Source: Candidatus Kutchimonas denitrificans
GTDB taxonomy: Bacteria > Gemmatimonadota > Gemmatimonadetes > Palauibacterales > KS3-K002
NCBI GenBank assembly: GCA_011774835.1
Contig: JAACAK010000002.1
Location: forward strand, 17,685-81,684
Direction of reading: 5' to 3'
DNA: 64,000 nucleotides
Shown here: piece after piece, positions 1 through 10,136 of the stretch
Position numbering within the stretch: position 1 is the first letter of the stretch
Layout of the letters: every line of letters starts with the position of its first letter
The notes under the pieces: generated by a model
What the model was told of the DNA's origin: nothing
Databases searched by the model: none
What the model saw: the letters and a program-made list of their open reading frames with translations, nothing else
Position numbers and translations under genes: made by a program

Positions 1-315
1 CCGCACCGCCGCGATGTAGGAGAAATTCTGATCGGGCCCCACCCCGATATAGGCACCGCCTTCGACGCCCAGCTCCTCCAGCGTGGCGATCACGTGCAGA
101 TACGACGTCTCGTTCGATATCAGGTTGTCCGTGTCGAAGTAACCGCCCGGCCCGGAGAGCTGCTGGCTGAGCGTCGCGAACGCCGAATCCGAAAGGACCG
201 TCGCCCGGGGGTCGGTGGCTTGAGAACGCATCCCCGCCCCATCGGAGCAGGCGGCGCTGGCCAGGGCCAGGACCAGTGCGAGGGCCGGTCGCCCGTGTTT
301 CGGGTATCGTCTCAT
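1..315 (-). CDS. hypothetical lipoprotein, N-terminal part only (gene runs off the window start)
   Basis: Reverse-strand ATG at 315..313. Translation is MRRYPKHGRPALALVLALASAACSDG... with a lipobox (LASAAC). The frame stays open to position 1 with G/C-rich third positions. It is absent from the ORF track because no stop lies in the window. Confidence 0.55.
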   Translation of the reverse strand, partial: MRRYPKHGRPALALVLALASAACSDGAGMRSQATDPRATVLSDSAFATLSQQLSGPGGYFDTDNLISNETSYLHVIATLEELGVEGGAYIGVGPDQNFSYIAAVR

Positions 316-401
316 CACCTCAAAGAACGGTCGAGAGGCGCTGGCGGGCAAGGGGCGGCGCCCGCAGGAGGCTTGCAGCGAAGGGGCGGCGGCGCTTCCT
401 C

Positions 402-449
402 TTGACGATCTAGAGAAAGCGATGATATACTGCCCTCGATTATCTAGAG
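402..449 (+). promoter_or_regulatory. candidate sigma70-type promoter of the padR-permease operon with two ATCTAGAG boxes
   Basis: TTGACG (402..407), 18-nt spacer, TATACT (426..431). ATCTAGAG occurs at 408..415 and again at 442..449 (palindromic core TCTAGA), bracketing the -10 element, 28 nt before the padR ATG. Confidence 0.4.
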
Positions 450-476
450 GAGCACGCCGCCGAGAGGACAGTCGCC

Positions 477-821
477 ATGGCCAAGGTCAGATCCGACCTC
501 CTGCAGGGAACCCTGGACATGATCGTGCTCAAGACGTTGGAGTTGGAGCCCCAGCATGGGTGGGCGATCAGCCAGCGGATCCGCCACATCTCCCAGGGGG
601 TCTTCGACCTCAACGACGGCTCTCTCTACCCCGCTCTCCAGCGACTCGAGCGAAAGGGCTGGATCACCTCGAGTTGGCAGGTAACCGAGAACAACCGGAG
701 AGCCCGCTATTACCGTCTCACGGGAGCCGGCCGGAAGCGTCTGGCGGTGGAGGAACGCAAATGGGTGCGGGCCTCCACCGCGGTGAACCGGATCCTGGGG
801 ATCGCTTACGCCGGAGGATAG
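477..821 (+). CDS. PadR-family transcriptional regulator
   Basis: 114 aa. LQGTLDMIVLKTLELEPQHGWAISQRI...GSLYPALQRLERKGWI is a typical PadR winged-helix signature. The stop abuts the next gene's ATG (TAG ATG). Confidence 0.9.
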   Translation: MAKVRSDLLQGTLDMIVLKTLELEPQHGWAISQRIRHISQGVFDLNDGSLYPALQRLERKGWITSSWQVTENNRRARYYRLTGAGRKRLAVEERKWVRASTAVNRILGIAYAGG

Positions 822-3554
822 ATGGGTTGGCTCCACGGGATACGATCCCGGCTCAGACCCCTGTTGTTCAGGGCCACGGTAGAAGCGGAGTTGGACGAGG
901 AGATCGCGTTTCACGTCGAGCGGCAGGCAGAGGAATACGTGCGGGCGGGGATGCCGGCCGGCGAGGCGCGCGAGGCGGCGCTTCGGGCTTTCGGCCGTGT
1001 CGACGCGGTAAAAGAGGGCGTCAGGATCGAGCGAGGCACACGGCTGCTGGAGGATACGGGGCGGGATTTCCGATACGCCCTTCGCAAACTGCGGCGTAAT
1101 CCGGGCTTCACCGTGGCGGCGGTCCTCACGTTGGCTCTGGGTATCGGCGCGAACACGGCGGTGTTCAGCGTCGTCAACGCCGTCCTGCTGCAGCCGCTGC
1201 CGTACGCGGAGCCGGACCGACTGGTGCTGCTCTGGAACCGCTCGTCCAGCGCGGGGGCGCAGCGGATGCCCGTCGCCGCGCCGGACGTGGCCGTGTATCG
1301 TGAGCGGGCGAAGGGCTTCGAGAGGTTCGGGTTCACCGAGGGGACCTTGGACCTCAGCCTGAGCGGCCGTGAGGGTCCCCTGCACGTCCGGGCGGGCCGG
1401 GTCGATCCCACCTTCTTCCATCTGCTGGGTGTGCGGCCGGCTCTCGGCCGCGGCTTTTCAGGGCGCGAGGATGTCCTGCCACCCGAAATCCTGGACGACA
1501 GCAGTGCGACGATTCCGCCAGCGCCCGTGATGCTGAGCCACGGGATGTGGAAGGCTCGTTTTGGCGGAACGGTCGATGTGCTCGGCCGTGACATCCGGCT
1601 CAACGGGCAACCGGCGGTGGTTGTCGGGGTCTTGCCCGCCGACTTCGAGCTGTTGTTGCCGCCGGACGTGGGCGTCGGACGGCGGGCGGATCTCTGGCTG
1701 CCCATCCGCGTCGACCTGAGTCGACTTCAGCGGGTCGATCGACTCACCGATCAGGACTCTGACAACACCGGAGCCGTCATCGGCCGCCTGCGGCCCGGCG
1801 TCACGCTGGAGCAGGCGCAGGCGGAGATGGACGGCATCGCGGCACGGCTGCGAGAGGAAGTGCCCGAGTATCGACATGCCGGCCTGCGGATCGACGTGGT
1901 TCCGATGAAGGCGTCCGCGGTGGAGCATACACGACGGATACTGCTGGCGCTGTGGGCGGCCGTGGGGGCCGTCCTCGTGATCGCCTGCCTCAACGTCGGC
2001 AACCTGTCGCTCGCCCGCATGCTGGGCCGCAGCGGCGAGATCGCCCTGCGCTCCGCCCTGGGGGCGAACCGCTGGCGGCTGGCCCGGCAAATGCTGACGG
2101 AGAGCGTCCTGCTGGCGGCGCTGGGCGCCGGTCTGGGACTCCTCGTCGCTGGCGGGGCCCTACCGCTGATCAGAAAAGCCGGTCCGGCCGACTTGCCGAG
2201 GCTGGCCGATGCGGGGATCGACGGTGCGGCGCTGGCCTTCACGCTCGGCTGCCTGCTCTTAGCCACGCTCTTCTTTGGATTGGCGCCCGCTCTCAGCTTT
2301 TCGCGGGATGGGGCCGGCGGCCACCTGGTCCGGCGACGCGGGGTTCGAGCGGCCGACCGGCACGGCCGAGGGATCAGGAACACCCTCGTCGTCTGTCAGG
2401 TAGGCCTCTCGCTCACGCTGCTCATCACCGCCGGTCTCCTGCTGAGGTCCTTGTTGAGCCTGGGTGAGGTGAGCCCCGGCTTCGAGCCGCGGCGGGTCCT
2501 GACTTTCGAGCTATCCCTGCGTTACCCTGACCGATATCTGGGCCCGGCCGACCGCGCGGCCTTCGTGCACCAGCTGGAGGGGCGTCTGGCTTCCCTGCCC
2601 GGAGTCGAGGCGGTAGGTCTCGTAGGGCGGTTACCCCTGGCGGGCGACCTCTGGACACAGCCGTACGGCCTCGACGGCGCGAGCGTGGAGGAGTGGAGCG
2701 CCAACGAGGCCGATTTCCGGATGGTCACCTCGGGTTATTTCCGGGCGATGGGGATCCGGCTCCTGGCGGGTCGTCACTTCACCGAAGCGGAGGATCTGTA
2801 CGAGCGCGAAAGGGTCGCGATCATTGACGAACGGATGGCGACACGTCTCGGGGGAACAGACGGAAACGCCCTGGGAAAACGACTCGGATTCCCGCTCGAC
2901 GGCGCTCCTGTTTGGGCTCGGGTCGTCGGTATCGTAGAGCATGTGCGGCACGAGAGCCTGACCGGGAACGGACGTGAGACTATCTACGTCCCCTATCGTC
3001 AGGAAGCCTCTCGCGAGTTTGCCGTTGTCATGCGTACCAGCGGTGACCCATCGCGACTGGTCGGCCCCGCGCGCGACGAGCTACGGGCATTCGCCGCGCA
3101 TCTGCCAATGTACGACGTACGCACCATGACGGACTACATCGCCGCCGCCACGTCGCCGACGCGGTTTGCCCTCGGACTGATCGGTCTGTTCGCCCTGCTC
3201 GCCCTGTTCCTGGCCACCCTGGGCCTCTACGGAGTCATGTCTTACGCGGTTCGGCAGCGCAGGCGCGAGTTCGGCATTCGGATGGCGTTGGGAGCGCCGG
3301 GTAAGACGTTGATTCGCACGGTCGTGGCCAGTGGCCTGACGTTGACCGGGATCGGGATTGGCCTCGGACTGGCGATGTCGTTCGTCGGCTCGAGATTCAT
3401 CAACAGCATGCTGTACAACGTCGGCAAGGTTGACCCTCTCACTTACAGCGCCGTCACATCGCTGATGGTTCTCGTCGCCGCTCTGGCGTGCTACGTCCCG
3501 GCGCGCCGGGCGACCAGGGTCGATCCGGCAGAGACCCTGCGGCACGAGATCTGA
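822..3554 (+). CDS. FtsX/MacB-type ABC permease with duplicated FtsX domains (ADOP-like orphan permease, no adjacent ATPase)
   Basis: 910 aa. It has an N-terminal TM helix, a large periplasmic MacB-like domain, and two FtsX-like 4-TM blocks. The C-terminal [14 protein letters not shown] motif is typical of the family. It is directly coupled to padR. Confidence 0.9.
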   Translation: MGWLHGIRSRLRPLLFRATVEAELDEEIAFHVERQAEEYVRAGMPAGEAREAALRAFGRVDAVKEGVRIERGTRLLEDTGRDFRYALRKLRRNPGFTVAAVLTLALGIGANTAVFSVVNAVLLQPLPYAEPDRLVLLWNRSSSAGAQRMPVAAPDVAVYRERAKGFERFGFTEGTLDLSLSGREGPLHVRAGRVDPTFFHLLGVRPALGRGFSGREDVLPPEILDDSSATIPPAPVMLSHGMWKARFGGTVDVLGRDIRLNGQPAVVVGVLPADFELLLPPDVGVGRRADLWLPIRVDLSRLQRVDRLTDQDSDNTGAVIGRLRPGVTLEQAQAEMDGIAARLREEVPEYRHAGLRIDVVPMKASAVEHTRRILLALWAAVGAVLVIACLNVGNLSLARMLGRSGEIALRSALGANRWRLARQMLTESVLLAALGAGLGLLVAGGALPLIRKAGPADLPRLADAGIDGAALAFTLGCLLLATLFFGLAPALSFSRDGAGGHLVRRRGVRAADRHGRGIRNTLVVCQVGLSLTLLITAGLLLRSLLSLGEVSPGFEPRRVLTFELSLRYPDRYLGPADRAAFVHQLEGRLASLPGVEAVGLVGRLPLAGDLWTQPYGLDGASVEEWSANEADFRMVTSGYFRAMGIRLLAGRHFTEAEDLYERERVAIIDERMATRLGGTDGNALGKRLGFPLDGAPVWARVVGIVEHVRHESLTGNGRETIYVPYRQEASREFAVVMRTSGDPSRLVGPARDELRAFAAHLPMYDVRTMTDYIAAATSPTRFALGLIGLFALLALFLATLGLYGVMSYAVRQRRREFGIRMALGAPGKTLIRTVVASGLTLTGIGIGLGLAMSFVGSRFINSMLYNVGKVDPLTYSAVTSLMVLVAALACYVPARRATRVDPAETLRHEI

Positions 3555-3570
3555 CAGACTGAACGGCGCC

Positions 3571-4152
3571 TCAGGACGCCGGAACGCGCGAGGACAGGCG
3601 CCGTGACACGTAACCCATCTCGACGGCGTACCGGTACAGCTGCCGCTGCAGCAGGCGACGCCCCCGGGCGATCCGCGATTTGACCGTTCCGATAGGCACA
3701 CCGGTCACCTCGGCGACCTCGGCGTACGACAGGTCCTCGACATCCGTGAGCAGAACGGCCTCCCGAAACTTGAGGGGCAACCGGCAGAGGGCATCGATCA
3801 CATCGACGCTTACGAGCTCAGCGAAGAGTCGTCCTTCGGGATCGGTCTCGGTCAGCTCCTCGAAGATCGAGTAGCTCTCCACGTCATCGAAATCGAGCGG
3901 TTGCCGGCGACGGTTGTGGCGATGATGCGAGTAGGCCGTGTTGCGAAGAATCGTGAACAGCCATGCCCGGATGTTCGTGCCACGCTGGTAACTGTACCAG
4001 GATCGGTAGGCCTTGAGCAGCGTCTCCTGGACCCAATCCTCCGCCTGGCTCGGATCGCCAGTGAACCCCCGGGCAAACCGATAGAGCGCATCGAGATGAG
4101 CGAGCGCCTCCTCTTCGAACTCTCTCCGCTTCGGTCTGGCTCGATCTATCAT
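3571..4152 (-). CDS. ECF-type RNA polymerase sigma-70 factor
   Basis: 193 aa. Region 2 (DWVQETLLKAYRSWYSYQRGTNIRAWLFTILRNT) and region 4 (LSYAEVAEVTGVPIGTVKSRIARGRRLL) are recognisable. The ATG overlaps the TetR stop (ATGA). Confidence 0.9.
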   Translation of the reverse strand: MIDRARPKRREFEEEALAHLDALYRFARGFTGDPSQAEDWVQETLLKAYRSWYSYQRGTNIRAWLFTILRNTAYSHHRHNRRRQPLDFDDVESYSIFEELTETDPEGRLFAELVSVDVIDALCRLPLKFREAVLLTDVEDLSYAEVAEVTGVPIGTVKSRIARGRRLLQRQLYRYAVEMGYVSRRLSSRVPAS

Positions 4153-4784
4153 CGCTCCCTCTCCTGCCCTCTCGGGTTCATCACCGCCGAAGCTTCCGCC
4201 CCTGCGAGGCGCAGCGCGCCGTCGGCCAACGCCTCCAGAAGACCGGGTTCGTTGCGAGCGGCCGCCAGCAGCTGCAGCCCCTCCAGGTAACCCATGATCG
4301 CCTGCGCCCGGGCTCGATGATCTTCGACCTCGATCGCACCCTCCGCCGCGGCTTCACACAGCTGCCGCTCGAAGAACGCGACGCCGTCGCCCAGCACCGC
4401 TTCGAGCCGCCGACGGACGCCCTCGTCCTGAGCCACCAGCTCGCCGGCCAGGTTGCCGATGGGGCAGCCGATCGTCTGGCCGGTCCGTCGCCGCACCTCC
4501 TGATCGAACTCGCCGACCAGGACGAAGACACGGCGGATGCGCTCCAGCGGCGAAAGCTTCGAAACCGCGGACCGCTCGAGGACGCCCCGGAGCCACGCGG
4601 CGTGGGAATCGATGACCGCGGCCAGCAGGTCACGCTTGGAGGGGAAGAAATGATAGAAGCTCCCCTTGTTGACCCCGGCCTGATCGCAGATCTCCTGAAC
4701 ACCGACGGCGGCGTATCCGTGGGCGTAGAAGAGATCCCTGGCGGAATCGATGAGCTGGTCCCGGGCGCGGCTGGATCGGGCCAT
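4149..4784 (-). CDS. TetR/AcrR-family transcriptional regulator
   Basis: 211 aa. The N-terminal HTH reads DSARDLFYAHGYAAVGVQEICDQAGVNKGSFYHFFPSKRDLL. Confidence 0.9.
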   Translation of the reverse strand: MARSSRARDQLIDSARDLFYAHGYAAVGVQEICDQAGVNKGSFYHFFPSKRDLLAAVIDSHAAWLRGVLERSAVSKLSPLERIRRVFVLVGEFDQEVRRRTGQTIGCPIGNLAGELVAQDEGVRRRLEAVLGDGVAFFERQLCEAAAEGAIEVEDHRARAQAIMGYLEGLQLLAAARNEPGLLEALADGALRLAGAEASAVMNPRGQERER

Positions 4785-4812
4785 GTTCGGACGGACCGGT
4801 TGGTCAAGTTAA

Positions 4813-4858
4813 GGCGCTTAAGCGCCGTAATTAAAGGAACTTTAGTACAAGCTTGTAA
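4813..4858 (-). promoter_or_regulatory. candidate promoter plus palindromic operator of the tetR-ECF sigma operon
   Basis: On the reverse strand: TTACAA (4858..4853), 17-nt spacer, TTTAAT (4835..4830). This is followed by the perfect 14-bp palindrome GGCGCTTAAGCGCC (4813..4826), 29 nt upstream of the tetR ATG, in an AT-rich patch. Confidence 0.4.
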
Positions 4859-5028
4859 TTGACTGGTCAGTATACAACGGACCCGCCAGCCCCGTCAATC
4901 AGAGTTTTCCCCACCCCGGTTCGCCCCGAAGCTGGGGGGCTCGCCCCACTTCCCTACCGTTTCGCCCGCCGGCCGAGCATAATAGACGCCACGGGGCGGC
5001 CCATCCGGTCGCCTCTGGCTGGAGACCC

Positions 5029-6144
5029 ATGACCGCGCAAAGACGACTTCGCCTGACCCTTGCCCTGGCCGCGTTCGCGGCGCTGGCGCTCATACTCGCC
5101 AGCCAGCTGTACGTGTGGGTGAACCTGTGGCCGCTGACGGTCTCCTGGTCAGAAGCTTTCGCCTGGACGCTCCCGCAGCTTCTGGTCTGGGCCGCCGTCA
5201 TACCCGGCATCTACTGGTTCAGCCGTCGACTGCCGGTCCACGGCGGTCACGCGGCCTGGCGGCTGCCCGTGCACCTGTTCACGAGCGTTGGGGTCTCGTT
5301 CCTCGTTCTGCTGACGCTGCAGGCCACGGATCGCTATCTCGGCTGGTCGACGCTTCTGGGCGCGCCGGGGAAGCTGGTCAGCGACCTGGAGAGGACGGTG
5401 GTCCACCTGCACGTGGGCATCGGGATCTACTGGGTCGTTTTCGCAGTGACCCACGCGCTACGTTACTACGAGGAGTTTCGCGAGCGTGAGCTGCGGGCGT
5501 CCCAGCTCGAGGCACAGCTGGCGCAGGCGCAGCTGCAGGCGCTGCGCATGCAGCTCAACCCGCACTTTCTATTCAACGCGCTGAACTCGATCGCCGTATT
5601 GATGGACCACGACCCCGAAGGCGCGCGGGCCATGCTGTATCGGCTGAGTGATCTGCTGAACAGCACTCTCCGGCATGGAGGCAGTCACGAGGTGCCGCTC
5701 TCGGAGGAACTCGAGCACCTGGAAAGCTATCTGGCGATCGAGGAGAAACGTTTTCGCGACCGCCTCAACGTGTCGTACGACATCGACCCCGAAACGCTCG
5801 ACTGCGCCGTCCCGTTTCTGCTGTTGCAGCCGCTGGTCGAGAACGCGCTGCGCCATGGCATCGCGCCGCGCACCGGGCCTGGCCACGTCGCGATCTCGGC
5901 CAGACGCGAGGACGGTCGGCTGAGCCTCTCGGTTCGGGACGACGGCCCCGGCCTGGCGCCAGGGTCCGAACGGCCGGTCGAAGGCGGCGTGGGGCTTTCG
6001 AACACCGAAGCGCGTCTGCAGAAGCTCTACGGCGCGGACCATAGCCTGGTTTTCGAGCGACCCGAAGCCGGGGGACTCGAGGTTCGAATCGAGATCCCGG
6101 CCCGCGTTTTCCAGAGCGCGGCCGCTGAAGGAAGCAATCTCTAG
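5029..6144 (+). CDS. LytS/YehU-type sensor histidine kinase
   Basis: 371 aa. Several N-terminal TM helices are followed by the His_kinase motif LNPHFLFNALNSI and an HATPase region (LLLQPLVENALRHGI...DDGPGL). Confidence 0.85.
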   Translation: MTAQRRLRLTLALAAFAALALILASQLYVWVNLWPLTVSWSEAFAWTLPQLLVWAAVIPGIYWFSRRLPVHGGHAAWRLPVHLFTSVGVSFLVLLTLQATDRYLGWSTLLGAPGKLVSDLERTVVHLHVGIGIYWVVFAVTHALRYYEEFRERELRASQLEAQLAQAQLQALRMQLNPHFLFNALNSIAVLMDHDPEGARAMLYRLSDLLNSTLRHGGSHEVPLSEELEHLESYLAIEEKRFRDRLNVSYDIDPETLDCAVPFLLLQPLVENALRHGIAPRTGPGHVAISARREDGRLSLSVRDDGPGLAPGSERPVEGGVGLSNTEARLQKLYGADHSLVFERPEAGGLEVRIEIPARVFQSAAAEGSNL

Positions 6145-6921
6145 ATGACGATTCGAACGCTCATCGTCGATGACGAGGAGCTGGCACGCCGTGGGCTGCG
6201 CGATCACGCCGCCCGGGTCGACGACCTGGTCATCGTGGGCGAGTGCGCGAACGGCCGCGAGGCGTTGGCCGCACTCGAGCGTGACGATGATGTCGACCTC
6301 GTCCTCCTCGACGTGCAGATGCCCGGGCTGGACGGCTTTCAGGTCTTGCGCGAGCTCGAGGCCGAGGGCCGCTCGCTCCCCCTCGTCATCTTCGTCACCG
6401 CCTTCGACGAGTTCGCGCTGAAGGCCTTCGAGGTTCATGCCGTCGATTACCTCCTCAAGCCCGTGTCGCCCGCGCGCTTCGCGGCGGCGATCGAGCGCGC
6501 CAGGAAACGGCTTCGCGCCGAGTCGAGCGACGACATCGCCCGACGACTCTCCTCCTTGTTGAGCGATCTGGAACGACGGGACGAAGCCGTCGATCGGCTG
6601 CTCGTAAAGACCCGCGGTCGCTCTTATTTCGTCAACGTGAACGACATCGACTGGATCGAGGCCGACGGCAACTATGCGATCCTGCACACGGGCGCCGAAC
6701 GACATCTGATCCGCGAGACGATGCGGAACCTGGAAAGGCAGCTCGGTCCGAAGGGCTTCGCCCGCATCCACCGCTCCACCATCGTGAACCTGGACCGGAT
6801 CGAGGAGATCCAACCCTGGTTCAAGGGAGACCACCTGGTGATCCTGCGCGACGGCCGTCAGCTGTCCCTCACTCGCAAGTACCGGCCACACCTGGAGAAG
6901 CGCCTGGGCGGCAAGCTCTGA
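6145..6921 (+). CDS. LytTR-family (LytR/AlgR) response regulator
   Basis: 258 aa. Receiver domain (LIVDDEELAR...DLVLLDVQMPGLDG) plus a C-terminal LytTR DNA-binding domain (IDWIEADGNYAILHT...FARIHRSTIVNL). It starts immediately after the kinase stop. Confidence 0.9.
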   Translation: MTIRTLIVDDEELARRGLRDHAARVDDLVIVGECANGREALAALERDDDVDLVLLDVQMPGLDGFQVLRELEAEGRSLPLVIFVTAFDEFALKAFEVHAVDYLLKPVSPARFAAAIERARKRLRAESSDDIARRLSSLLSDLERRDEAVDRLLVKTRGRSYFVNVNDIDWIEADGNYAILHTGAERHLIRETMRNLERQLGPKGFARIHRSTIVNLDRIEEIQPWFKGDHLVILRDGRQLSLTRKYRPHLEKRLGGKL

Positions 6922-7064
6922 GCCGCCGCCCGCCTCCCGGCGCGATTCGTCCCTCCCTCGGGCCACTCGTCACAAGAGCGCGGCGAGCGGGGCCGTTCCC
7001 CTCGATATTCGCCGTGTCCGGTTCGTGACGCAGCATCGATCACCCCGAGCTTCGAGGAGGAACG

Positions 7065-9257
7065 ATGGGGAGCTCCGCCAGGATATCCGCCACGCTGACC
7101 GCGATCTGTTGTCTCGCCAGCCTCTGCCCTCTCGTCGGTACCGCGCAGACAACGCCGGAGGCCCGGCGCGGCGATCGCGTCGACGTCTATCACGGCGTGG
7201 CGGTGCCCGATCCCTACCGATGGATGGAAGAGATGGAAGCTCCGGAAACCCGGCTGTGGGTTCAAGCTCAGGACGAGCGCGCTCGCCGTTTCGCCGCCGC
7301 CTACCCCGAGCGCGATCGGATCCGCCAACGGATGGAGAGGATCGCCAGCGTCCGGCGGTTCGGAACCCCCACGAAGCGCGGCGGACGCTACTTCTTCTCG
7401 CGCTTCGGCGTCTCCGGGCCCGGAACGTCGTATTACGTGCAGGAGGCGGCGGACGGAAACGCCCGGCTGCTGCTGGACGGCCAGGCGCTGGCCGCGGAGG
7501 GCCTGCGGCTGACGCGTCCGCTGCCCAGCCGCGATGGGCGGCGGCTGCTCTACGGGACAGCGGATGGCGGGTCACGCTGGCTCGAAGTTCGCATCATCGA
7601 GGTCGACTCGGGTCGCGAGCTTCTGGACGTGCTGACCGGCATCAACTCCAACAACTCGAGCCTCGCCTGGGACGGACGTGGCGCGGGTTTCTTCTACGAG
7701 GCCTTCGAGGTCCCCGAGGCGGGCGAGCGACTGCGCGCTCGCCTCCGGAACGCGCGCATCCTCTACCATCGCGTCGGCACCCCCCAAGGCGAAGATGAGC
7801 TCGTCTATCGCCCCGAGGGGCATCCGGATCGGTCACTGGGCTTCCAGGTCAGCGACGACGGCCGTTTCCTGGTCATCTCTGAAAGCGATCCGGAAGACAT
7901 AGGCAACCGCGTCCTTTACCGCGACTTGTACGATCCCGACGGCAAGGTCGTCGAGCTGATCTCGAACGCCGAGTCGAGCTTCGGTTTCATCGGCAACGAC
8001 GGGACCACGCTCTGGTTCCAGACCAACTTCGAAGCCCCCCGCGGTCGGGTGATCGCTGTCGACATCGAGAGCCCGGATGTCGGCGATTGGGTCGAGCTGA
8101 TCCCCGAGGCCGATGAGACGATCGACAGTTGGGTGGGCGTCTCCGCCGTCGGCGGACGGTTCATCGTTGGCTATCTCGAGGACGCCCGGCTGATGGCACG
8201 CGTCTTCCAGCTCGACGGCCGCTTCGACTACGACCTCGAGCTCCCGTACTACGGGTCGGTCTGGAGCGGCTTCTCCGGCCGCCAGGACGATCCCGAGGCG
8301 TTCTACTCGATCAGCGGCCTGGTCGACCCCGGCTCGATCTACCGCCTCGATGTCCGCACCGGCCGGTCGACGCTTTTCGCGCGACCGGAGCTCTCCTACG
8401 ACCCGAACGACTTCGTCACCCGGCAGGTCTTCTTCCGTAGTGCCGACGGCACCCGGGTGCCGATGTACCTCGTGCACCGAAAGGAGCTCCAGCGTGACGG
8501 CAACGCACCCGTCATCATGTACGGCTACGGCTTCGGCTCCTGGGCGGCGGCCCCCTGGTTCCAATCGCACCTGGTTCTGTGGCTGCAGATGGGCGGGATC
8601 TGGGCGCTGCCCAACCTGCGGGGCGGCGGCGAGTACGGAGAGGACTGGCACCAGGCCGGTTCGCGGCAGAACAAGCAGAACTCGATCGACGACTACATCG
8701 CTGCCACCGAGTGGCTGATCGAGAACCGCTACACGACCCGCGGGCTCTTCGTGGCCAACGCCAGCAGCGCCGGCGGCCCGATCGCCGGCGCCGCGATCAC
8801 GCAGCGCCCCGACCTGTACGGCGCCGCGCTGATCGACTTTCCCGTGCTCGACATGCTGCGCTACGATCAATTCACGCTGGCCCGGGCCTGGCGCGACGAG
8901 TACGGCTCGGTGGAGGACCCCGACGAGTTCGAGGCGCTCTACGCCTACTCGCCCTACCACAACCTCAAACCCGACACCTGCTACCCCGCCACCCTGGTCG
9001 CACCCGGCGAAAAGGACGAGACGACACCGCCGCTCCACGGGTACAAGTTCGTCGCCGCCCTTCAGCACGCTCAGGCGTGCGACAACCCGATCTTTCTCCG
9101 CGTCTCCTGGGACGCCGGCCACGCGTACGGAGCGGACCTCGAGCGCGCCATGGACAACTGGGCCGACCAGCTGTCGTTCCTCGCCCGCGTCCTGGGCGAG
9201 CGGGGTTGGCTTCCCGAGCTGACGGAAGGCGACAGAGCGGCATCGCAAGCCAAGTGA
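7065..9257 (+). CDS. prolyl oligopeptidase (S9A family), secreted
   Basis: 730 aa. It has a signal peptide, DPYRWMEE near the N-terminus, the catalytic serine context GLFVANASSAGG, and the typical C-terminal alpha/beta-hydrolase region. Confidence 0.9.
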   Translation: MGSSARISATLTAICCLASLCPLVGTAQTTPEARRGDRVDVYHGVAVPDPYRWMEEMEAPETRLWVQAQDERARRFAAAYPERDRIRQRMERIASVRRFGTPTKRGGRYFFSRFGVSGPGTSYYVQEAADGNARLLLDGQALAAEGLRLTRPLPSRDGRRLLYGTADGGSRWLEVRIIEVDSGRELLDVLTGINSNNSSLAWDGRGAGFFYEAFEVPEAGERLRARLRNARILYHRVGTPQGEDELVYRPEGHPDRSLGFQVSDDGRFLVISESDPEDIGNRVLYRDLYDPDGKVVELISNAESSFGFIGNDGTTLWFQTNFEAPRGRVIAVDIESPDVGDWVELIPEADETIDSWVGVSAVGGRFIVGYLEDARLMARVFQLDGRFDYDLELPYYGSVWSGFSGRQDDPEAFYSISGLVDPGSIYRLDVRTGRSTLFARPELSYDPNDFVTRQVFFRSADGTRVPMYLVHRKELQRDGNAPVIMYGYGFGSWAAAPWFQSHLVLWLQMGGIWALPNLRGGGEYGEDWHQAGSRQNKQNSIDDYIAATEWLIENRYTTRGLFVANASSAGGPIAGAAITQRPDLYGAALIDFPVLDMLRYDQFTLARAWRDEYGSVEDPDEFEALYAYSPYHNLKPDTCYPATLVAPGEKDETTPPLHGYKFVAALQHAQACDNPIFLRVSWDAGHAYGADLERAMDNWADQLSFLARVLGERGWLPELTEGDRAASQAK

Positions 9258-9477
9258 GGTCGTCAACGCCATGCCACCTGGGCGGTCACTGGGGACGTCC
9301 CACCCCCCTCTACCGCGTCTGCCATTCCAGCATGTGTCGGTCATCCGCTGAAGGACTAACTGCGTCTGAGATTGGGGGCTCGTTGGGGGACCGTCCGAAT
9401 CACCAAGAGAATCTTCCCCGGGCGCGGTGACAGCTCAGTATTGGTAATGCGGCCGACTGTGTTGTAGGTTCGCGGAC

Positions 9478-9999
9478 GTGTTGACCGCGCTGTGGAGTAC
9501 CGTGGGTCGCTGGCTTCGCCGGCAGTGGGAGCGACTGGGGGCACTGCTGCGCCTGCTCGAGCCACTCTGGCGCGGGCTCGGGACGCTCGCTTCAGGACTC
9601 CGGCGCTGGTTGCGCGAACTGTGGCGCTGGTTGAGGGACGTTCGGCTCACGGTGCTCCCGCACGTCGGACTCGGGGCACTGGGCGTCGTGGGCGCGCTGG
9701 TCCTGGCGGTCGTCGCCGAGTGGGCGCTCCGCGGAGTCGCCCAGTCAACCGCGACGGTGTGGGAAACTCGCTCCGCGCTCGCCGGCCTGGTCCTGCAGGT
9801 GCTCGGCCTCGGCGTCGTCGCCAGGGGCCTCCGGAACGTCCGCAGGCTCTTCGACCGGCCTGGGCGCGACGGGAAGAGCTTGCGCGAGTGGTTCGGTGAG
9901 TTCCCGCCTCCGTGGGTAGGGCCCCAGGTAGTGTCCCCCCGTGGGGTCTCTGGCGCGTTCAGCGCGAGTCGAGCGAGGACGACAAGGTCCGAGACCTGA
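9478..9999 (+). CDS. hypothetical Trp/Arg-rich membrane protein (may continue in another frame to 10097)
   Basis: GTG start. Two predicted TM helices (LGALGVVGALVLAVVAEW, LAGLVLQVLGLGVVA). The tail after about 9905 looks non-native, while ORF 9912..10097 in another frame has coding-like codon usage and a terminal TM helix. Confidence 0.35.
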   Translation: MLTALWSTVGRWLRRQWERLGALLRLLEPLWRGLGTLASGLRRWLRELWRWLRDVRLTVLPHVGLGALGVVGALVLAVVAEWALRGVAQSTATVWETRSALAGLVLQVLGLGVVARGLRNVRRLFDRPGRDGKSLREWFGEFPPPWVGPQVVSPRGVSGAFSASRARTTRSET

Positions 10000-10136
10000 T
10001 CAAGGACATCTCGATCGGTGGCCTGCGCCTCGAGTCCGTCGGCCTCGCCTGGCTGCTGCTCGGGGTGGTGCTGTCTGGCTGGCCCCTCTGGTGGTGACGC
10101 TGCAATCACCCGCTGGGCGCGCCCCTCCGGACGACA

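Noticed and set aside
444-1421. 325-aa reverse-strand ORF overlapping padR and the permease gene.
   Set aside because: It lies antisense to two genes with clear family signatures. Its translation is R/G/P/L-rich low complexity, typical of shadow ORFs in high-GC DNA.
5569-6966. 465-aa reverse-strand ORF across the histidine kinase and response regulator genes.
   Set aside because: It is a shadow ORF antisense to well-supported two-component genes, with no recognisable motifs.
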